From: Pecten maximus
Lineage: Eukaryota
Reading direction: 5' to 3'
Assembly (NCBI RefSeq): GCF_902652985.1
Contig: NC_047027.1
Coordinates: 32,364,001-32,428,000 of the forward strand
DNA: 64,000 nucleotides
In this document: in pieces, positions 38,287 to 49,754 of the stretch
How positions within the stretch are numbered: the stretch's first letter is position 1
Layout of the letters: each line of letters begins with the position of its first letter
Notes under the pieces: model-generated
Seen by the model: only the letters and a program-made list of their open reading frames with translations
Databases searched by the model: none
Told to the model about the DNA's origin: nothing
Made by a program: the position numbers and the translations under genes

Positions 38287-41200
38287 TCATTGGAGTAAAT
38301 TTTCATTTAAATATCTCTCCCCTACTTCCTGGATCAATCCCAATCTCAGAAGAGGTTCTATGAGATCATCTCTGTCCTTCTGTACCATGTAGTCATAGGG
38401 TCTAGTGAACACCAGCTCCGGTCCACTCTTTGTATCTTTTTTCAAAGATCCGTTTAAAAGTGACTTGTATTGATCCCCGGTACAAGTCAGAGATGTGAAA
38501 GAAACCTGTAATAGATAATTGCATTGCACTAAAATACAATAGCTCATCGTGAATGATTTTATTAATCTTTCTTATTATTTTTTAATATAAAACTGAAGAC
38601 AAAGACGCTGATTTGGATCACAGATGAAATGTAGAGGTCTGTACTGGTCATCACAATACTTCAGCTATATTACAAATTAAAAACAAATAGCAACAAAACA
38701 CACACACGTTATGGTTTATATCACAATTGCACCCCCTCCCCTCCACACACAAACACACATATACACTTCTTTATTCTACATCTCTGCATACAAAATAGTT
38801 CCTCCCACTAAGATGATTAAGATATAATTTGGAGAGAAAAAATCCGATGAAAGAAAGGAAATTAGAATCACCATTAATATTATTATACTAATTATGCATC
38901 TGATCAAACCAGGTACAAACCTAGGGTTGTACAATATTGTAATATTATTGTTATGCAGTCTTAATTGGTCATACAATCCATGGCTATATATAACAATTGT
39001 AATACATTTCTACATATCCATTGTGTAAGCGATTGTTCTAGAATTATAATCAACTATTGTAAAAACTATCATCAACTCACATGTGTTTCCTCAACAATCA
39101 TGCCGATGATGGCTTTGTCAGACAAAGATGTTGGGTAGTACAACAACAGCTCGGCTCCGTGCTGTCCTAACAATGTATCAGGCATGGGATCTGGTCGCTC
39201 TTTGACTGCAGATCTCAGACGCTTCGATTGTGGTTCATAAGATCTCCCATCGTAATTCCTTTTCACCTGAAAACAGTAATAAATTTCATCTCTTTTCTGC
39301 AACTCAGTTTTAAGATCTTGTCGTGTATATCTTGCGATAGCCTCAGCGACCAACCAATAATTGATAACCAATAGATGATTATGGACTTTTTACAAAGGGC
39401 ATTGGAATAGTACTGGCTTGTTTTTTAACCAAATTAGGTGGTGATATCTATAAAAAAAATCTGAAAACAAGAAATACCAAAATTGTTGTGCCATCTTTTA
39501 CAATGTATCTGGTCTTACGAGTAATTGAGTCCTCTACTTTTTACAAAATCCTGTGTACGGCCACCACCAGATAACTGTGGCAAGCAAAATTTCTTTCGTC
39601 GAAATAAAGAGATTTTATTGGTAACCATTCAAAAAATAAATAAAAAATCTGTTTGAAAAATTAACCAAAAATGCAGAAGCCATTTCTTGAAAACCTAACA
39701 TGCAATTTGTTTTAGCTTAATCGGACAATTTTTCATCTTATTTTCATGGTAAGTTTCTTCAAGGTCATTGATGTCAACAATCTACATTCATAGTTTGTCC
39801 AAAGTGAATTAATGAATAGTTTATTAAATTTATTTTTTGTAATTACCTCGCCAACAAATAATGTCTTAGAATCCAAAGTCTTCTTTTCATTCAGGTACAC
39901 ACTGGCCAGTATGTCTGGAATTCCCGAGACGCTTTGATCTCTAACCGTCATAGTTTTCTTTGGTATGCCTGGGACGAATCTGAAACAATAACACCAGTAT
40001 ATACAGTAAATACCCACCTAATAATGAGGCCGTAATTCTAAATCAAAATCGAGAAAAATGGGAGCAAAATATGAAAAAGTATAGTTTGCAAAAAGGCTCT
40101 AAAAATACAGGGGAATTAAATGGCAATCTAACCAAAATCTAGATGTTAATTCTTACTACGTTACACAAACATTTAACGACATAGCTTAAGGGGTCACGTT
40201 CTGGTGACCTTTGTTATCTCAATAGTTCACCTATTCTTTACATCATGCATCTGAAGCTAACCAATTCGGTACAAATAGTATATAGATATACACTTCTTAT
40301 GACAAAAGACTTGAAACAGATTGACAGATTTTAAAAGCTATGCACTCTACACGTGCTGTAAATAGCAATTTGATTGGTTAATCCAAAAGGTCATCCTGCC
40401 GTGACCCCTTATGCGATGTCGTTAGATGTTCATGTAACGTTTTCAGAATGACCATCTAGATTTTAATTAGATTGAATAAGTGGTATGAATACCTATATGT
40501 ATATATAATGAAGATATTTATGCTTGGTATTTTCACTAGGTAAATAATACATATACACACTTAACGCGTGTAGATGTTTCAGGCCGGATATGCATTTCCT
40601 ACATAGTGCACACCACACTGGAGCTCTTAGATCATAATATCCGTTGATTTGTCAAGCTTATGATCTCTCGTTACATACATACATACATACATACATACAG
40701 TACAAAAAGACAGAAAGACAGACAAACGCATAAACATACTATTAGTTAACTTACAAAGTCTTTTTGAGTTTTCCAAATAGGCGAAATATGCTATATTAGC
40801 ACGATTAAATTATAGTGAACTCACGTGCACTTAACTCCAAACATTTGCAGGAAAAGCACAAACAAATGTTGGAACATGAATTCAGAAACTTTGACTTCGC
40901 AAACGTCCCGTTGGTAGATGCAGTGTCGCAGCCACATTGCGAATGAAAGTCCCGATTCCTGAAATCTAAACAAGGTAACATAAAGTTAAATTGGTATGAC
41001 AATATTAACACAGTTTTATATGGATTATTGATTACTTCAAATTTGCATTTTTATGGTTAAAGAATGGTCTGTTTTGTCTTTTGGATTCACCAGAATTATT
41101 GTTTCATAACAACATAATGTCTTGATCATGTTTTTGATTTAAAAAAAGAGACCTTTTTCATGTTTAAACTTGACACACAATTTTACAGTGAATCCAGTCT

Positions 41201-42617
41201 TTACCGACGATTGACTGCTAAAACAACCTGTACCATCAAACAATATAACCACAAAAACGACATTTAAAATACTATTTTCCCTTTTCATACGGTTATATCC
41301 GGAACATTAAATAGACCACCTTGGATGATCGGATGTCATACATTGACTTTCCCCTAGGCGGTTGGAGTTCCCGTCCGAGCACGCGGGTTTTGTGTGGTGT
41401 GAATAATATATGATTCTATAACTATTTTTAATAAACCTATCATATCCGGAACCTGTCTTCTCCAGAAAGGTGAATATTCTCATTGACTTAACAGACATAT
41501 CCATTTGTTAATTGTTTCGATAATACCGTTCATTTAAGCATTGATGTCATTTTATTTTTAGTTTCAACGGGGTATGAAACAAATTTGTTTGCAAATTGTA
41601 TGAATCCGCGAAGCTGATTCTTACAGAAGTTTGCAAACAAAATTTGTTTCATACTCCGATGAAGCTAAAAAATAATTGACATCAACGCTTATAACGCGTC
41701 AATTGTCGTATTGTGACGTCACATGTTTCGCGCCATTCTCGGAATTTCTTTCATAGAAGAATGAAAAGAATTTTTCGACCAATCACATTTGAGTATTTAC
41801 CATGAAAACAAAGAAAAGTTAATTACATCTTTTTTACTGGGAATAGCAACACCAATACGAATGGCACCGTATGCACTTTTTGTAGGTTAGCTGTATAAAG
41901 TCGCTATTCCATTTCTATTTAGGAGAAATCCAGCCATGTGATCAGTACGTAATTTATTCATCATTGATGTACATGTGCCTCGAGTCATGCGCCTGTCAAA
42001 ATTTGGCAAGAATGTACTAAACTTAGGAAGAGGACCATAACTGTACCTAGATCTCTGGCATAATTGTCCCCATAATAGTCCCCGATATAATCTCCGTCTC
42101 TGCCAACAGAACCAATAAATCGGTCTGTCGTCTTTGTGATAGTGTTTACTTACCGGTCAATAAATGTGTCTTCCCCACAGCCTTTGACCTTCCATAGGTC
42201 GGTCTGTTTTGATAATTGTACTGCCTTTTTTATTGTCATAGTTTTAAACTCTTCATTCAGCACAGCCAAAGTATCACGAAGTTTTCCTTCAAGGTCCTTG
42301 ACTCGTGCTTCCATGGCAGCCTCATTTGCTGGTGCTTCTCCGGCGGAAGTTATTCGTGTCTTACTTGATGTCTGTCCTTTCTCAAGCGCTTTTATGATGT
42401 CTGGGTATTTACCAAGCATATTTATAATGTCTGATGGAGACTTTGAAACATCACAGAACGAGGTCAGTTGCATTTTCAACTCTATCAGGTGAATTCTTTC
42501 CCAGGAACTAGTTTGCTCTGGTGTCCTAATGCTATTGTCATCTGATGAGGGTGACCCTAGTGTTGATCTCGGCGATCCCGCTGTGTCCATACTCTCCTCA
42601 TCTGTGATGCTAGCCAT
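38287..42617 (-). CDS. Uncharacterised 380-aa protein with a C-terminal PD-(D/E)xK restriction-endonuclease-like domain
   Basis: Exons 42154-42617, 40825-40965, 39847-39979, 39081-39266, 38287-38505; all GT-AG, phases 2/2/0/0, 1143 nt, no internal stop. Motifs VSEFMFQHLF, VSGIPDIL, LFVGE|VK, LLGQHGAELLL, IIGMIVEETHVSF. Confidence 0.8.
40124..40474. mobile_element. MITE family A, copy 2 (opposite orientation to 8850-9274)
   Basis: Same TIRs and reverse-complemented internal sequence. Confidence 0.8.
41533..41825. mobile_element. Non-autonomous palindromic DNA element (possibly Crypton-derived)
   Basis: ~160-bp imperfect palindrome (41533-41693) centred on ccgcgaagctg, followed by a tract containing gacgtca and ccaatca motifs, as in 10197-10545. 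Confidence 0.55.
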
Positions 42618-42695
42618 TTGGATTATTTGTTAAGGTGTAGAAGTTGGTCTTATACCTCCAAATCTGAGCATATGAAGTAATAGAAAAGAAGACAT

Positions 42696-42697
<2 letters not shown>

Positions 42698-42736
<39 letters not shown>

Positions 42737-42740
42737 GTCG

Positions 42741-42771
<31 letters not shown>

Positions 42772-42776
42772 CCACC
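42698..42776. repeat. (CAT)n microsatellite
   Basis: Two CAT runs separated by a short spacer. Confidence 0.95.
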
Positions 42777-43572
42777 AATATGACATAACTTGCTTTTTCT
42801 TGTTTTATCTTCATGAATTAATGACTTGTTGGTACAAACAAATCATTTACTTTGCTTCATCGTTATTAAGTTGAGCATATATACATTAATATATTAGGAG
42901 AAAAAGTGGATTCATGAGTTAATGATGAGAAAACGGGTATCAAGTCTAAAATAAAATAATCCAAAATAGGTGAAGGCTCTATGAGTAAGGTTTTCATGCG
43001 CTCGTCATTACAGTTTTCATGTGGAGACTTGAAAGGTAAACATCACGATCCTGTATCTAACGCACTGCTGTCTTACCCCTGACCAAACATTTGTTTTTTT
43101 TCATTTCAGAATATATCATTGCGCAGAACAAAACACAGGAGCATCATAAAACGCTTCATCAGCCCTATCTACATAATTTAAACATACACACTATTTAACA
43201 TACCTTTTTTTACTTATACGTAGTCAACTAATCTTAAGTTGATTATTAAAACTAATGAGATATCCTGAATACAGATAAAGAGGAACAATCGTCACAATGA
43301 ATGTAAACAATTCACAATTCTATCGAAGACCATTTTCTGGCTAATGTTATTAAATCATATAAACAACTGTCTCACCGGATCTCAGCTATGTACGGCCGTT
43401 CTATGTCGTGTCTTAGCTTCAAGTGTTGTGGTGATGGGTTGTGCAGTTTCAGGAAATAAGGCCGCACATGCGCTTTACAGAATACACTAAATCCATGCAC
43501 AATCGCTTCTGCATATAAACAGACAATGTAATGTATGCACATGACCTTTACTAAGGTATTCAAAGTTCCTGA

Positions 43573-43796
43573 ATAACTGTTAGCCTGGAAATTTACGCGA
43601 TGGAGGAATTTACACTTTTTACGCGGAGTCATTTGGATTGCGAAAAAAAACCTCCAATTCGTATTAGTTTGATATCAATTTGCCTAATCTCTAACTACAA
43701 ATGAGTCTTTCCATCGCGTAAATGATTTCAATACTTACAGTTTACATATCAAAATCACAAATCTTACCCCTACGAAAATAATCACGTTGACAGTAT
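43573..43796. mobile_element. Degenerate Tc1/mariner-type MITE
   Basis: taactgttagcctggaaatttacgcg ... cgaaaataatcacgttgacagta ends. Confidence 0.45.
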
Positions 43797-43981
43797 TTCA
43801 ATAGTTACGTATAAAAAGGTGTCATCTGAAAATAATTCGCATACATGCAATATGTCATTTCAATGTTATTAATAATAAGTAGGAGAAATAAAATAGGACC
43901 AACTATCAAACTCTGGGGAACCCCGGCCTGAAAGTTCAAATAATTACAAAATTCTCCACTGCCAACGACTGTATCCGTGCT

Positions 43982-44403
43982 TTTCTTTATCGGGTTCGTA
44001 CTAGTCGTACCGGTATGAATCTAATGTACTCGTAATGGAACCGCTGTACCAGGAGAACCGAACCCGTTCTCACTGATCGTATTTTTTTTCAAGCGTACCA
44101 CTTCGACCAACGATGGAGGAATTGTGATTCTCCATTTGTCATGCAAAAGTACTTTATATTCAAAACGAATCAATCAGGAGCTCATCATTTGCGATTGAAT
44201 TCTTTGAATCATTTAGTCCATGTTTGACTAACTATTCATATATTTATTTTGCATCTGTCACGTTGTAAAAATGGAAAATTATCGGTTTTAATGTTTGAAG
44301 CGAGCAATGGCCGCCATCTTGGGACCCGTTTGAGATTTAATTGCGTTCCGTCATATGATAATGTACCAGTTTTGTACAACTGGTGTAAACCCGATAAAGG
44401 AAC
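43982..44403. mobile_element. MITE with imperfect TIRs
   Basis: ctttatcgggttcgtactagtcgtac ... gtacaactggtgtaaacccgataaag. Confidence 0.6.
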
Positions 44404-47400
44404 AAACTGTTAGGTTGCGGTTATAAAGATAATTTTCGGACCATTTTAGAATTCAGCAACAAGTTTATTTAGGAGGCTCTTATGCCAGACATGATGTAGC
44501 GCTTTGCTAATATAACACACAAAAATGGTCGTATTTTTTACCGTTATCTAGGGCAGAATAAATGTAATGAAGGATCGCAGGAACCTGATTATTTGGTGAA
44601 TCGCCAAGTCTATATAGTAAGTTCGGTTTGCTGGCGAGAGTAGATAGTGAGAATGCAAGAAGATGAAGACATATTTAAGGATTATTTTTACTGTTATTAT
44701 AGAGTTTCCTACGTTTCCTACAGAGGCTGTTAATATAAACGACATTAGTAATTATCAAAGTGATTAAGCGTAATTAGGAATTTTCGGGATCCTCAGTAGT
44801 GTCACGATTAAGAATAGACGAAATCTGCTTGTAACGTAGTTTTTTGGGTTTTTTTTTTGTGTTTGAAAATATTCAAAAACCACTAGATGGGACACTGTCA
44901 TTAAGTCACGTTGTTCCTTCTTTATCTACGTCGCTGTGTTTGCAATTTCGACTTGAAGAAATATTATATTATAAATATTATATTATCAATAGAATCAGGG
45001 TCGTGTGGAGTTTTAACTCACCAGAAACTGGTTACTGATACTGAGGAAGACACGTTTGCGTTTGGCATCTTTCAATCATCGTTTGTGATGATTGCTTTTA
45101 CATAGCTATTAAGCATTTCTTTAAACAAGTTTCATTAGTTGTGGTGAAGTCAATATGCCAAAAAATGCATATTTTCCAGTACGAATTCCCTCGCAATTAA
45201 AAACAGACCAATACCCGACAAAAGATGGTAATAATTATCAAGTAACAACTTATTTGAAATAGATGGATTTTTTTTTTTACATTTCAATCTAGTTATCGAC
45301 GGATTTATAACTGATCCATCATGATGGTTTCTGTCACTTCACTAGTATTTGATAACCCATGTTGACAGGACCTTCTGTTCATTACTGAATGTGTTGAACA
45401 GAAATTCTAATATTGCCGCAAAACGATCGTCTACAATCGCCGATAGGAAGTGTCGAAATCATCTCTGATTTATTAGCTTCATGTCAAGATGACTGGTGAT
45501 TTGTGATAGGCCTTAATTCTTTTAACATATCGTTTTGTTTATTTTGAATTGTCTTAGGTCACGAGATATCTACTTACCATCCAGGATAAGAACACAAGTT
45601 AAATTATTTATTTGTTTTCTGATTGGCGGACAGACAGACGACCGTGATACATTATATTGGTTCTCAAGGATTTAAAATTGTAGAGCATGTATCATTTTGA
45701 CTTTGGCATGAAGACCTTTCCTGATCCTAACATGCTTCCTATTTTACACTTAGCCCATCTACATATCAGCATTTGTAACAATAATTAAATATTTTCAATG
45801 CATCAGATTATAAAGAGAATTGATATGTCATATATCAGTAATTTTTTTCAAGAGGTATATGGTTATAAAGCTTGAAATCAAAATGATTCCATTTATTTTC
45901 TTTATTTGTTTATCAATTAATTCTCAATTTACCATGATATATATGCGTATATAGTTATGTATGCATATTAACTTTCTTCAAATTAAAATAAATGCAAGTG
46001 AGATGACTATATTAAGACGTGCAAAACATGCATAAAGTCACGTTCTTGTTTCATCCGGGTTGATTATCGCTGTGTTCCGTTTTCGCAATTACCTCTTGAA
46101 GAAATATTGATCAAGTGTGCATCTGTGTCCGGTTTCCTGTTTTTAATCAGTTCATACTATTTATGTAATAGAGTCGCCCGAAGCTTTGCCCTCATAGAAC
46201 ACGCTCACATATTTATGGGTGATGCTTACTTTTGCTATTAAATATAATCGTTGGGAAGATGTTCTAATATCCATGGGACATGTGACAGACACGGCACGGG
46301 AAGGACACGATATGAGAAGTACACGGCACGGGAAGGACAAGAGAAGGTCATAACACTGATCTATAAATAATAACCATGTATACAAGCGATACACAACAAA
46401 CGTTCGAAACGCAACAAAATACTTATAATTTTTAACCAATTGCATTACATTAGCAAGCTTATAAAGACTCTTTGATCAGTTGTGTATATCTTTGTTTCTA
46501 TTGATAACCCGCTGATAGTGTATTGTAACCTTGCTGATAATGTCTTAAGACAAGTCATTATACATATGAAAACTTTTTTTCTTGCAGGTTTTGAAAAGAA
46601 GTTGCTACGCAACTATATTCCCTCCACGTAGATTTTTTGTTATACTATCGGCCAATATCTAGTGATAACTTTTATATGCTCAAAATAAATAGTCTTTAAA
46701 ATATGTCTGTTTACTGACAAAACACTCATTGGAGTTGTTGATGTTTTGTTTTTCAAATACTCATCAGATACATAAATATGTGCCTACAGTGACCTTAATA
46801 TTGTTTGATGTTAACATATCTATTATATTTGCATCAATTTAATTTTATGTATATTCCTTAAAAATAATACTGGCTAAATATTTCCTAGTTTTCTCTTCTT
46901 CGTGTAAAATATTAAATTAAATACATCAAGTAATTTACTTAATTTTATTTGTAAAACATTTCTTAATCATAAAGTTTCCTCGTAGATTTTTTTATGATTC
47001 AAATGTGAATGTTTGTTAAAGCCTATGTACTTTATTAAAACTTTAACGGTTTGATTTAAGACAATACTAAATGCATTCATACAATTGTAATACTCAATGT
47101 CGGTTTAAACAAAGTATTAGCTTTGACAAAAGCTAATATTCTATGAAAAACTGTCTTTGTTATCGACTAGGATATCAATTTAATTTTCCATAGTTTAGTT
47201 ATCATAAAAGTTTATTCGAAATGAAGCATACAAGCTAACCCTGAATATAAAATGAAAAAAAAAATGAATATTGTCCTACTTTCCTGGGTATTATTTTCAA
47301 TGTATTGAAAATTGCAAAGATTTAACGCAACAATGAATTAGAAACATTCAAAATTCCCAACGCAATGATGGTTTAAGTGAAAACAGAAATTTGAGCCATT

Positions 47401-47781
47401 CGTAAAATGCAAGAAAAATACATTTTCAAAATTGCCGTCAATGGGCAAATTTTCTAATTTCTTCTAAAAGCAAATCAACTAACAAGACTTCTTTCATACA
47501 TTTTTCAGATAAAACCTTTCTATAAAATTGCCAATTTGTTATGCAAGATCGAAACGAGACTTCAATGTGACTGAAACCTCAGAAGAGTAGATTCTTAACG
47601 CGACGGCCAGAACGATAACAAGTCAACGACCAATTCCTTGTTGGAAATCTGGTGTTTTGATCTCGATCAAATCTAGTTAGATTTGTTATGTTGATGTTAT
47701 ACAATAAAGCATTAATATCTTTAACTAAGATATGTAAAGAAATTCCATGTTTATATACAATCAAGTACAATGTTAAAAGGT

Positions 47782-48021
47782 CTGGGCCCGCTTGTTTAAA
47801 GTGTGATTAGACTAGTCACAGTTTAACAACAATATTAAAATCCTGATTTAACATTTCTGGTAAAACGAACTTAACAAAATGTCATGAACCGGTAACACTT
47901 GTCATTCTCTTCTTACCTTCATATTTTAAGACATGCACACACTTAGGTCTTGAAGTAAAGGAGAAATGTGATATTCACGAATCAAGTAATTAAGCTAATC
48001 ACCTTTTAATCAACTGGCCCA
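47782..48021. mobile_element. Small MITE (PIF/Harbinger-like ends)
   Basis: gggcccgcttgtttaaagtgtgattag ... ctaatcaccttttaatcaactggccc. Confidence 0.6.
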
Positions 48022-49754
48022 TAGTGATAGGTTGATCTTGTATGTTACATTGTCATAATGACTCTTTATATTTTATACTAGTGTCTTTTTACAAATTTAC
48101 AAGCTGCTCAGTAGTAAATGGGGCTCTGCAGCCGTTCACCCCTCTCTTAGGTTTCTAAGGTATTATATATATATTAATAAAAAAAAATCTCATGAAAAAA
48201 CAATAACGCTTCATTGATCTCTTCCGCTTGTGCATACCATCACTTCTAAAGGACACCCTTCTGTTAATATTTAGATGTTAGAAACAGTTCAAGTGATAGA
48301 ACCTAGGTATCATCGAGCAGGTCCGGTGTGTGGCCTGTCTGATAGGTATGGTCAGTGGTTAAGTAGGTCGAGTATAGTTCTGATGGCGCTAGGGATAAGA
48401 CAGTGCGTGCCGTGCTTGTACCTCAGAAACATTCCTACTCTAGTTGTATCAAATTGGTGATCAGGGGGTAAATATGAAATGACACGGGTAAACTCTAAAT
48501 AGGTGTATTTTTAAGAAAAATAATGTATTCGTGTCTCCAAATGTTAAAAACTTGTATATTGCGTGTGTCTGGAGCCAAAAGATGTGTTGCTAGTGTTAAT
48601 TGATAGCAGTGTCGTGATGATAAAAGATCTAGTGGGCCGACTTGGGATATCAGATGCATGTTGTTGACTTGGATATTATCACGCCGTATTTTCGAAGGAC
48701 AACTCATACCTGGAAATTTGATACAGCAACGATCGACCTCGATCATTAGATTGATGCCGACGTTACCTTGAATAATGTTCTCACAGCCAGCTAAGTATTT
48801 TTAAAAAGACACGAAATAAACTAGGAACGTGAATGTAAATCACATTCCTGTGGATAAAGTCACAAAATATCATTTCAATGACGAAAAAACAGGAAGATGA
48901 CTGTGGTTTTAGCTGTGAATTTTATCCGATTGGGTAAGATATTAGTAAGAGTGTGAGTATAGTCCGACCAGAATCACCTGTCGTGTTTAACTTTGATCAG
49001 CATATTGATTACAGACGAGTATATAGTCATTTAGGGTGAAAAGGTGCTTTGTACATATACATGTATATCTGTTAGTTGTTTATAATGTAACCAACCTTAT
49101 CATCAGCTGCATTATTTGTGTTTATACTGGTCTAAATTCAGCGACAGAACTGTTAACATGTGAAGAATTGATCACATAGTTACTTGAATATATGAAAATC
49201 ATGCATCAAAAATAAATGATACAATCCCTGTGTTGTCAATATCAAATACGAATGGTCCAAAACAGCACCCTGCTGGACACCGTAGTATTCCTAATTGATA
49301 TGCTTTGTTAACACACCTATGCACAAATGAACTGCCCAATTTGAATATTCCAGGAAAAGGTCAACGCGACAGGTCATTCCTGATTGACTATATTATATAT
49401 ATGTATTGTAAATAACGATGTTTATAGTGTATATAATTAAAGAATTTATTGTCATTACAGGGCAAAGATGTAGCGCTCGTTCTACAGCTGCAAATGTTTT
49501 CATTACATTAAGTCGCAAAGTGTTACGTTTGGATACACCTCGAGAGCAGGTCTGCGTTTATAGCATTATATACGAAGGCATGCGCACCTTCCTTCCTTCC
49601 TTCCTTAGAGTCATATTTGGGATGTTTGTCCAGTAAATCGACACACAAAGACCATTATAAGCACTAAATCTACATGCAACGCTACTAGTATGAACAAATC
49701 TTGTATTATACAACGGCTGTTTTTTATGTAGACGGATCATTTCGACGAATGTCT

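Noticed and set aside
41290-41504. ORF 41307-41504 as an extra exon of the nuclease-like gene
   Set aside because: Phases do not fit, the sequence looks repeat-derived, and exons 1 and 2 join in frame without it.
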